A stretch of 59,853 nucleotides of DNA, the filler included, from Sphacelaria rigidula (taxonomy: Eukaryota): assembly GCA_964200075.2 (NCBI GenBank). It is 10 parts of 10 records of this genome, joined end to end, with 100 filler letters (N's around TTAATTAATTAA, not from the genome) between each part and the next. Parts side by side here need not be neighbours in the genome. Positions count along the whole stretch, not along the records: positions 47,964 to 53,858 come from CAXNAA020023666.1; positions 53,959 to 59,853 come from CAXNAA020023667.1; 8 more parts are not named here. One strand, 5' to 3'. Below the pieces are notes generated by a model, which made no database searches, was not told the origin of the DNA, and was given only the letters and a program-made list of their open reading frames with translations. This document shows positions 49,743 through 59,853 of this stretch, piece by piece. A program made the translations under genes and the position numbers. The first letter of the stretch is position 1. Each line of letters opens with the position of its first letter.

Positions 49743-52700
49743 TCACGCCTCATGTGCCCAGGACAGTGCGTCGACGAGAACGGCGGTGTCTCGCACCCAC
49801 GCCGCCAGCAGCCCGCATGCCCGAGATTCCAGTTTTAGCGCCATTACCGGGATGGCGCGCGCGAACATAATACCAGGGTTTTCTTTGTCTGAGGTGTGAT
49901 CGGCGTTGCCTTCCAAAATATCGCCGTCTCCGCCGTCTCCGCCGACCTCCGTGGGGTCTAAGGTTCCGGACTTTGTATACGGCACGTCAGCAGTCCGAAC
50001 GGTTCGGCGGTAAATGGGGCGGGTCGGGGACGACCAGACGCGAAATCAACGAAATAATCACGCTGCAATCGCTGGTGTCAACGCATTTACGAACCTCCTC
50101 TGTATTGATCTCGTCGTCTGCGGCGATCTGGTAGATAGCATCGATTTCGCAATCTCGGAGAGAGTAATGCCACGGTAGGTAGGGGTGCACGTTTCGCGCA
50201 GAATCTTGTCTGGTTCATGGGGTCCTAACGATTCTAGATACACGAGAAAATGGGTCAGGGCTTCCCCGTTTGCACGTTGATTTGGTATAATCTCAGCCCA
50301 CTGGAGCAGTGATCCTGGCGTACTCTCACATATTACAAAAGTCGTGTTTTGGAGGAGATGAAATAAAGGCTCCTCAGAATTCGAACCTCAGAAAATATTT
50401 GCGCACTCCTACCGCAGCATCACTCGAGAGCAGTTTCGATGGTACACATAAACCGTGTCGGGGTTTTCTCAATATCCAATAGAGTGATTGTCCGGAACCG
50501 TCCGTTCCTGTAATAAAATGAAGCGCATGTCTCCCAAAAAGATCGGAGGTGTTCTTGTATCCCCTCTGTGCATCGCGAGGAAACAGCAGAACGTGGTCCC
50601 CGTTCCTTTACCTGTCTCTACCTTCCAAGTATCGTTGCTGAGTGATGATGTCATTCACATGTTCTGTCCACGTCCCGTTTCTCGCACGACTTCGTCTATT
50701 GTAGGTGATAGCCAAGGCTTCCCATATACAGCTGGCGCACACACTCAGCGGTATGTCCGTACATGCAGCCCGAAGTATAGATCGCCTATTCGTGAAGGTT
50801 TCCGGCTACAACACGACTACGGGGTGTGGAGATTGAACTTTCCTCTACTGGGATAACAATGGATGTCTCCGGCAAACCCAACCATTCATGAGGTGGTTTG
50901 GTGACACGCTAGGCACAGTTACCAAACGAATGTGTCGAGGTAGACATGAATGATTGACCACATCATCCGCTGGAGGGACATCCCCGCCCCCCGCCCCCCC
51001 ATCGATGCCTTGAACGACCTCCGCATGAAGGTGTTTTTCGGGTGTTCAATCACCTCGTTTTTCGTGGACGACTGCGCAAGCCGTAGCTCCGCCATTTTCT
51101 TGAGGATGATGTTGAGAACTCGTTGACCTCCCGAGCTCTCCGGATCGAAACTGCGGACGAGGCAACGCGGATTCTAGACTGTGAGGAGCTCTATTCACGG
51201 CAGGATTGTTGCAAATATTGTGTGGGTAGGCCCCGCGTTCGCTACTTCAACGATCGCTTACACGTTCCAGAAATTTCGCGACGCTGAAACTGACGAATTA
51301 TACGGCGCTGTTTCTCTGCAAAGAATCTGCGCGGAGCTGCAGTCCAGGTATGCTGTGAGTGTCAGTCTCTTTAATGTCGACCTCCAAGGCCGATGGTTCC
51401 TTGTCGGTCTGTAAAATCCCTGAAGGCAACATGAAATCTTACAAAGTAGTATCCATCCACGGTACAAAAGTGAAATCCTCCGCAATGCCTGATGCCTCCT
51501 TTTATAGCCGGCTGGATTATTTCTAACCCTGCGGGTGGCGCTAGAGGATTCGTCGACTGTATCAAACGTCCAAGATTCTCGATCGAATGCCGGCGAGCGA
51601 TATGTTTCGCTACAGCAGTATGCGTTGGTCGTTCGGGAGTTGCGTGGTGCGAACCTGCTGAGACGTTCTGCGGCGGCTGGGTCGAGGAGTAGGGCGCGGA
51701 TTATCTTCACCGACGGTGACGCCTTGAGACGGACCCACTCGCCGATGGCCTCAGGGTAGTCGCTCATGTTGCCCAGCATCACGGCCACAGTTTCCTGTGT
51801 CGATCAATTTAGCGCCCAACTCGAGTTTTTACATGAATTCAGTACCCTGCAATTCTGACAATTTGAACAAACGAATTCCATGCGATACGGGCAACATGAT
51901 AAAAAACGCCGTGTACTTTTCAACATATCAAACGGAAGAGCACATACGTGTGTGTATCCTGCAATGCTGGCAATTCGTCTGTTGAGTACTACCGAAAACT
52001 TACAAAAGTGTAGTTCCGGCTGTTGTTTTATTTCGCACAAGTACCGTGCTTACTGTCGTAAATCTTGTGTGCAGTAACGGTTGTTGTACCAAGCCAATAC
52101 TCTGCGACTTTGAACATGCCTGTCTGCCGTTTTTCGGGACCGGCACTGATTCTTAGCCCGGCGTTTTTCTCTCTCTTTCGTTCTTTTCATATTTTTCTTC
52201 CTTTTTTTCTTTTTCTTTTTCTTTGTCTTTTCAATTTTTTCAGTTCGTTCCTTTTCTTTTTCCCGCTCATTTCCCCGGTGATATGCCGACTTGTGACCAC
52301 GCCCGACGTTGTGGCGGAGCAGCTGATGTGCGACAATCGATTCATCAATCGTGTGATCAATCGACCAATCTGAGAAGAAAGTTAAGCGAACAGGATGGAG
52401 CCTTTCAATATTTCACCTTCACAACAGCCTTCGACTCCACCACGGTTTGAACAATATCCGAGGCGCTCCACAAAAGCACATCACGCCTAGCATAATGAAC
52501 CATGCGAGACCCGCGATACATAGACATAGCCGCCTATGTACAGCACCCTCACCACAACGAAAGGAAGCTCCGGGTGTAAGCCCTGTTGTTTACGTTGCTG
52601 CGCTGCGGCTGCAATGTGTGCTCTGAGTTCTCCGCTGGCCCCTGTGACAGCTGTCGGCCCCAGACACAGCGTACACAAATATTCCATCTGCAGGCATTCA

Positions 52701-53447
52701 ACGATATACAGTAGGCGCGGAACAAGAAATGGGCGGTCCAGTGTGTACATCTTGACAACACTACTGCAACAAGCCGTGACGGCACATCGCTCGTTTTTGC
52801 CCTTAAAAGCGCCTTGTACACGGTAGCATGCCTTGCCGCTCAAGGGGCTGTTGCCCGGAGTTTCGCTGGATTGCGGCTTATTCCACGGTAGTTCACCTTC
52901 GTAGTTTCAGAGAGGGGGCACACGGTCTCCGGAGATCTGAACGGATGATTGGGGAAAGTTAATATGTTTTCCTCGTCAGCAACAGTGCTCTTGCTACTGG
53001 TTTGTTTTACTGTTTCTGCAGTGCGTACCTCCCTAGAGGGCAAGTATTTCAGCCGGGGGCCGTACGAAATGTAGGTAGCGACCCGGGAACGATCAAGCGC
53101 TGCATAACTGATGTAGACAGTCTCGCACCCGCTGTTCCCGACAGCTCATGTCGTCGTGCGCAAGTGTAGAGGCTGCGCACACGTAGGCGTTGGGTCAAAT
53201 TCACTCTTGCCTCATCTTCGCCGAGGGACGTGAGAGCCTCTTTGGCCGCCTCGAAAGCGGCTTTGAGGGGCTGCAATGCCGTCTCCAACGCCTGTATTCG
53301 TTCGCCTTGTGCTGCTCGCTGTTCCCTCGGTCCGACACTCTGCTCATTCCAGTAGTTTTGGACCTTGGTTTGCACCGAGTTAGAAGAGCGACAACGTCGG
53401 TATGCAACTAAGCCGGACAACGATCTCCTTCTCCCACCGAGGGTCAC
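49743..53447 (-). pseudogene. Long decayed coding region of unknown family, interrupted by a MITE
   Basis: A series of protein-like minus-strand segments is broken by stops, frameshifts and the 50156-50428 MITE: RIQALETALQPLKAAFEAAKEAL, MSDYPEAIGEWVRLKASPSVKIIRALLLDP, RVLNIILKKMAELRLAQ, EIDAIYQIAADDEINTEEVRK. Confidence 0.45.
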
Positions 53448-54382
53448 TGTACCAAGTAAGTGACACCTTGTTTCATCGTAAATGTTCTCGGGTTGTGTAA
53501 TGATTGGTGCTAGTCAGGTTGACTCTCCTCGGAACTATGGCCGCAGGGTACACGAAGATCCAGGGTTTGCAACCGTACAATGTGCTGCTACCATGTTACA
53601 ACGGCGGGGCTGGCCATTTTTGGTTGTACGACTCGTACTTAATTATTTTCATCGGGACCGGTCTTGCGTTTTCCTTTTGCTTTTTTCGTTGCTCTTGTCC
53701 CTGCCTTTCCATTCGTTTTCCTGCCCTGCTTTTGTATTTATTTCAGCTCTGTTTTACCCTTTTCAGTTTACACAGTTTCTCTCTCCCCCCCCCTGCTCTC
53801 GCTTTCTTGGAGCTCGGGTTCTAGCGTCCTACGCGCAAGTGCATCGATGCACCAATCANNNNNNNNNNNNNNNNNNNNNNNNNNNNNNNNNNNNNNNNNN
53901 NNTTAATTAATTAANNNNNNNNNNNNNNNNNNNNNNNNNNNNNNNNNNNNNNNNNNNNTAATCCTCCGGGTTCTCATCCTCAATGAAAATCTCCATCCTC
54001 AACATAGATGATCCGCTGTTTATAGGAGATAGTGATTGCTGCTGTTGGCGTTACAATGACCAGTAACTATGAAATGCGTGGGCTCGTATGTGCGCAAGGA
54101 AAACGCGAGTGTTTTTGTGGCTGAAGATGACTGATTATTGGCTATGGAACTTCTTTTAAGGGAATATTTTATTTCCGTGTGGAAGGATCATGTGGATGGA
54201 GTGTCCGTTTGTCTAAGGAAGCGGTGCAGGTGAGGTGCACGTCTGCTGAGATATGAACTGCATTTTATATCGCGGTTGATCGACCGATGGGATATCATGG
54301 TACAAAATCCAAGTTGGGATATTATATCTGGGTGCATTCTGGGATGTACTCGGTAAAGACGAGTTTGAGAACGATATCACTA

Positions 54383-55443
54383 CAGGCTGGGCCGCCTAAG
54401 AAGCGGGCTTCCCTTCAGCCGGTTCTAACTGATGATCTATCGCGACTTGTGCCTACTATGACATATCGTGGTAATCTGCAGATCAACGCGCGTCTTTCAC
54501 TTCACGTAAACGAAATACCAAACTGCAGTCAGCTGCGAAGTGTAGACAGTTGAGGCTGGCATGTGCGGCGGAATTACGCGGGAAAAACGGTTACAGTCAG
54601 TTGTGCCACGGCCGCAAAGTGATGGTGCTGCACTAGTTGTGATTGTACAACAAGGCATGTCGTACTGTAGGTGCGCAGTGTCTGAGATGGCACGCAGACG
54701 AGACCTCCAGCACGCCAAGGCGTCGCGCTTGTAGAAAACGTCAAAGTTCCGGCTGAGGTTATTGTACTCTAAAAGCAAGTGAACCGATTCTCGCCAGAAA
54801 AACGCGATTTCACTGCTCAGTTTGGGGTTGGTTTTCATGGAATTTTGACACGGTATACATGGGGTATATGTAAATCCCCTACCTCGTATGTTATTGGTGA
54901 TCTAAATTTCGGAACAGATTTTTTCTGGTGCAAAAGCGTCGACAACTCATTAGAAAAAAAAAACATGTCTAGGGGGAACAATCGGGAGTTCAAAGCATAC
55001 CTCATGCGCATCGTGTCGAAATTTCGTGAAAAAACACTTGAAATTCAACAGCATAACCGCGTTTCATTTATTCGTGGCTGGTCCATCTCCACATAGGAAC
55101 CAGCCTTGGACACGAACACGCGATTCAACAGCTGAGTTTCTGGTCGTTTTCAATTAAATTTCGACACGATGTACAGGATGTATGTGCGAAGACGCCACCT
55201 TTTCCCCTCTATTTTTTTTAATTTTTCCCCGTGAGTTATCGGCAACCAAACATTTCAGAACAGTTTTTCGGAACAAAATCGTGAATAACTTCAAAACAAA
55301 AAAGAAAAACATATGGGGGAAAAGGTAGCGTCTTGGTGCATACATCCTGTACATTGTGCCAAAATTTCATAGAAAACGACCTGAAAATCAGCTGTTAAAT
55401 CGCGTGTTCACATCCCTGTCCGCATCTTAAGCGGCCCAGCCTG
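54383..55443. mobile_element. Non-autonomous Tc1/mariner (IS630-type) element, ~1.06 kb
   Basis: TA|CAGGCTGGGCCGCCTAAGAAGCGG ... CCGCATCTTAAGCGGCCCAGCCTG|TA gives 24-bp TIRs (2 mismatches) and a TA target duplication. Confidence 0.88.
55114..55410. repeat. Internal foldback with ~105-bp arms
   Basis: GAACACGCGATT...ATGTACAGGATGTATG...ACCTTTTCCCC is mirrored by GGGGAAAAGGT...CATACATCCTGTACAT...AATCGCGTGTTC. Confidence 0.88.
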
Positions 55444-57378
55444 TACGGGTTATTAATGACGGCGGAGGTCGAGGTCCGTTTGCCGTTGTTGGATTAGTAT
55501 ACATGGCTTGAAAAGCGGTTTGAGTCATGACTTTTTTTTCGGTATGCTCATAAGTTGAGTGGACGATGAAGCTTTCACGAAGAAGAGGTGTGCGAGGCAT
55601 ACGTTTTCACGGAGTTGAACAAGCAAGAGGCCAGCTGCGTTCTAGACGTGTTGGATACTTATTTGATTCTAGTCTCAGGTATATTGCGTGGCTGTTGCAC
55701 TCCGTTGCACAGGTGTTGAACGTACGACAGAGGAATTTGTATGTACAACGGTATCGAATGCGAGAGACAGATTGCAACGATGGCTTCAGAATTTGAAGTT
55801 CGTTGACGTTTACATTTTCTTGCCGGTTTGGAGTCAGGAGACTTGTTTGAGGCATGGGTTTGAAAATTGGGCGTCAGCTATCGCTCCGTGACTCGGAGCG
55901 ATGCAAGTAGCGTGATTGCGTGTTCATGATGGACGTTTTCGATCTGTTGCAAGTTGTTCGGAAATTGGACAAGCTCCTATGGTTGTTATCGTATACTGCG
56001 GTAGAGATTGCTATTTTAGGTGAAAAATGACGGTAGACTTCGGCAACGATGATGTCTGAGTTTATCAAGCTCTAGGTTGACTACTTGTTGGTAGTAAGCG
56101 AGCTTTGGGGGTGCTGTAGACTCCGGGCAACATTGTTACCTTGATTCAGTACATGACTGCAGTGGAGAGAATGCATAGCAGGCGTTTATAGTCTGGTTGA
56201 TGGATAACGGGTCTAAGAGTATGATCGGTGGACTCCGTGATGTGCGATGTTTGCACACGAGGTGCAAGGTTACTTCTGGTTAACGGAGACTGCTGTTTCT
56301 ATAACTGCTTGAAATCTTGAAGTCTCTAGAGTCCTGGACAGGGAGGAAGCCTCTGGACCAGCACTGTTACCTTGTTCTGATTTCAGGCAGGTTCACAGGG
56401 CCTAAATTGTCGCCGTTTTGTGCACCGACCCGTGGGGGTCGACATCATGGCGTTGCGAGAGACTGCCGCTGTCGTACTGCATCGCTTTTCCAAATCACTG
56501 AAGCTACGCCATTGGTCTTCGAGGACCATCAGCGTTCTGATGCAAACATTTGATGAAACTTATCGGCGAAACACCTCGGTTGAGACTGGATAATACATCA
56601 AGCTTTGGCTACCACTGAAATGAGTTCATGATACTAATATCCAATGTCTTGACATCATTGTGCGTACATGAATACAGAAGTATCTCGCGCTAGTCAGTCC
56701 ATCGTGGCGAAAAAGACATGCATGTGACATAGAAACCATTAGCGGTTCATTACCAAACGTTTGACAGGATTGCTGTCATGCTGTCAATTAAAACACGCAA
56801 AACTGGACAACCTTAAAAACGCCGTGGCACCAGAGCGTATTTGAAATGGTTTCAATACAGTATATAAAAGGTGAGGAAAATGTCGTAACTGTTGATTCAC
56901 ACGTAAGAGAAACCAAGAACATTCAAAGCCAGTCTAGCAAATGATTGGGGGAGCTTGGATTTGGCAGCAAGAGCCACGTGCGACGAAACAACAGGGCTCC
57001 TCGTGGTTCTTCTAGTGTGAGTTTTGAGCGCAGTTTCCATTATCCAACACCCTCCACAGAGTGAACGATCTCACACCCTCACAACACCAGCTGAGAAATC
57101 CCACCTGCTCCTACAGCTGTGATACATTGCCACCATTTCCACCCGGCTCCAGACCCTGACGTACGCGCTATTGCTTTGACTAAAATATATAGAAGTAGTT
57201 GCCTTCCTTGTGTCAGCGTCGCAACAATATCCATCGCCAGCTACTGCACTGTATGCCTTGCGCAGGGTAAAATTGAGCTGGAGTTCTTCGAGATCGCCGC
57301 TACAGAGGTCATCCATGACTGCGTATATCACCATGTTCAACTGCGCGCCTCATCAGTTTCATTAGGTTGGCCACGTCT

Positions 57379-58107
57379 TGCTTCTCGGGGGGGGGGGGGG
57401 TCAAGAACTTCACAATAAACCAAGGGCAGCACCGGGATTGCTGCTTCCCAAGTAGTAGGAACAACCCCNNNNNNNNNNTGCTTTTTTTGTTCTTTGTTTT
57501 GTTTTGGGGGGGGGGGGGGGTGTACTCATGATCCTGCATGTCATTTGTAATATGACCATTGACCTCGCATCCCCACAAAGCCGGGACGGAGCACGCCGGG
57601 TTCTCCCTGGGTTAGGCTCGCAATCATCAAGCGTGAAGCACCATTATGTGTTCGGCGAGTCGCATGAGGGGTAATCTGCACTCTGCTAAAATTGTTCAGC
57701 CCGAAGCGTACTAACTCATCTTGCACATGGATGACACCCTTGAATGAGTTGCTTAATTTTCTGGTATCTCCAATTTCAGAGAAAACGACGGGTTACGCTA
57801 CCTCACGGGCCTCACCATTCAAACAACGCGTCGTACGATTACCCCCTTTACGCGGAGTTGAGGTTCTCCATTCCGCACAATATCATCCAACTCGGCCACC
57901 ATCATGGTTGCAGCCAAAAAATGTAAGCGAGAAAGAAAACGATCATGTGGTTACCTAGCTTACGCAGTGAGTGGCTTGTTTCACAGCGTCTTTGCCGACC
58001 GACGCCAACCCCTCAAAGAGGGTGCTTCTCGGGGGGGGGGGTCAAGAACTTCACAATAAACCAAGGGCATCACCGGAATTGCTGCTTCCCAAGTAGTAGG
58101 AACAACC
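57379..58107 (+). repeat. ~88-bp direct repeat pair (57379-57467 and 58023-58107) around an internal N gap and a poly(C)-family copy
   Basis: TGCTTCTC-G(n)-TCAAGAACTTCACAATAAACCAAGGGCA...CCCAAGTAGTAGGAACAACC occurs twice, differing by 2 substitutions plus G-run length. Confidence 0.9.
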
Positions 58108-58540
58108 ACCATCGGCGCTCAAAGATCAAGGGCTGGCTACTCTGTACAGCAGTTTTGCCATGCGATACCGACCCAACGAACGCTCTCCTCGTGAATGATA
58201 CACATTGGAAGCCTATGTACTTTGTCCACACACTCTTTACTATGACAAGGATTTAGATTTCTACACCTGTCTACTTCTAGCCATCCGTATATCAATATCG
58301 GATAGCTGGTGCAAGCGTATAATCTGACGATTCAGAGTGACTAGCGATGCACATATATTTCCACGGTTCGGACGAATCATCGCCGGTTCGAATCCACAAA
58401 TCTGCGATTTTTCAGGCCCGATTTCTCGAGAGAGGGAAAAAAGACGACCACTCGTCAAGAAAGTCTCCACGCAATTTTTACGCCATTCTACGTGCCTGGG
58501 CTGCGCGTACCTGGGTCGCAACGCTGAAAACAGAGCTCAA

Positions 58541-59579
58541 CCCTTTTGGGACCGGGCCTCCAGAACGACCAATGAGACTGGTTGGGAATGACGTGTCTGG
58601 CATCTGCACGGAACAATGGCTTCATGTTGCTGAAAATCCACGTATGTAACCGCAGAATTAGGAAAAAAATCGAAAGTTTCATCCAATCTCTTTTCAGGTG
58701 CAGGTACAATTGTACTTCGGGTAGGGTACGCATGAGGTGGTGCACATACGTAACAAGCAGTATGGGTCGGCGTAGAGAGCTTTCAACAGGATGTGGCTAC
58801 CGGCGGGCTGCCCGCCACTTGTGGCTTTGGATGATATCATTGTCTCCATCATCTTGCCACACAGCCCTTTGTGGTCGGGTGGGCCACGATTTCCCCTTTT
58901 GTTACAAGCGGCAAATTATCTTCGAAGGGCATGGGCGTTGCGGCGCACATATGGTGCAGTACGCCTCTCCGACTGCGGTAGCAGCTGCCGCTGCATACTC
59001 CCTGACGTGTTCTGGGCAGTTCTCAGCTACGGAGATCAGCTGCCTATACACAGCTGTTCGTCCCCGCCCACAACGTACATGTTTACTGCAAACTGTAAGG
59101 TATCGGCAGAGGGATAGCCGGAACTCATTACTATAGACCCCTTCTCTCCTTCCACGACCCAGCTGGGTTTAGTGCCCTCGTGAAATTGACCACAACGTGG
59201 CATGTACGCTTTTCCCCGACTTCCCCCCCCCCGATCACGTGTTGGTGTAATTACTGCGTTTCAGTATAGAATGGCGACCCAGAAAAAACATCCCGGAAAT
59301 CACGGGAGCGCCTTACTAATTGTAAGTAAAACGAGAAATCGTTCCCCGACCATCCGGGCTTTGGATACCTGGGAAGGCGTTTATCTGGGCCAGGGACAGG
59401 GTCCCCACACGATCTTGGCAGTGACATCAAATTCGGTAACAATCTCCGCACTGGTCGTTCGGGTCTGAACGATAAATTTCGCTTCGCCGTGATTGCGCAG
59501 GTTGCTCCCTGACTTTACTTTATTCATTTACTAACACATGGTCAACCCCGTGTTAGTTGGAGGGTCGGTCCCAAAAAGG
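58541..59579 (+). mobile_element. ~1-kb non-autonomous piggyBac-like element (copy 2)
   Basis: TIRs CCCTTTTGGGACCGGGCCTCCA / TGGAGGGTCGGTCCCAAAAAGG. Homologous to 40648-41657. Confidence 0.82.
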
Positions 59580-59853
59580 TTTTTGACGGAAACCGTGAAA
59601 AAATTTAGTCGCTGATTCGATTCCTGTCGGACGCACTTCCTTTGAAGAAAAAAGAGGAGAGAAAACCTCTGTAAAAAATTGGCCCAAAGAAAAAGGGTGG
59701 GGTATAGCCTGGTGGCTATGTTTGGAGTTGACTACTAGGGACCCCAGTGCACACACTCTGGGAACGAGTGGGGGAGACGAGTAACTCTAGGGTACGGTGA
59801 GAAGGGACAACACTAGAGGTCCTGATGGCAGTCGATAGAGCGCTGGCAAGGGG

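Noticed and set aside
5897..53958. Regularly spaced TTAATTAATTAA palindromes every ~6 kb, and ORFs ending in X...LIN
   Set aside because: These are artificial linkers between concatenated contigs. Neighbourhood across them has no biological meaning.
59838..59853. AG(A/G)GCGCTGGCAAGGG near the ends of two contigs (also ~17858-17873)
   Set aside because: Only a ~16-nt match with no flanking similarity, which cannot be distinguished from chance.

Overview
This window is not a continuous locus. It is ten unrelated eukaryotic contigs of 5,895-5,896 bp (1-5896, 5997-11892, 11993-17888, 17989-23883, 23984-29878, 29979-35873, 35974-41868, 41969-47863, 47964-53858, 53959-59853), joined by artificial 100-nt linkers (N44-TTAATTAATTAA-N44). 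Short GC-rich exons in kb-scale, repeat-filled introns point to a stramenopile, most likely a brown alga (inference). Spliced genes read by hand: three internal exons of UTP7/WDR46; three exons of a trehalose-6-phosphate synthase/phosphatase TPP (HAD) domain with a probable GC-AG intron; the last two exons of AP-4 complex subunit epsilon; a complete three-exon mitoribosomal mS33/RSM27 gene (106 aa); and the last exon of a single-pass membrane protein. The rest is mostly non-autonomous DNA transposons (Tc1/mariner-like and piggyBac-like), long foldback hairpins, a tRNA-derived SINE-like head, a high-copy repeat whose subfamilies end in ATGAGTAC+poly(C), and several decayed intronless ORFs I cannot assign. 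I found no CRISPR array, no intact TnpB/Fanzor and no convincing new enzymatic system. The most unusual signals are the poly(C)-ended repeat family, a ~750-bp hairpin and a decayed Cys-rich ORF block.
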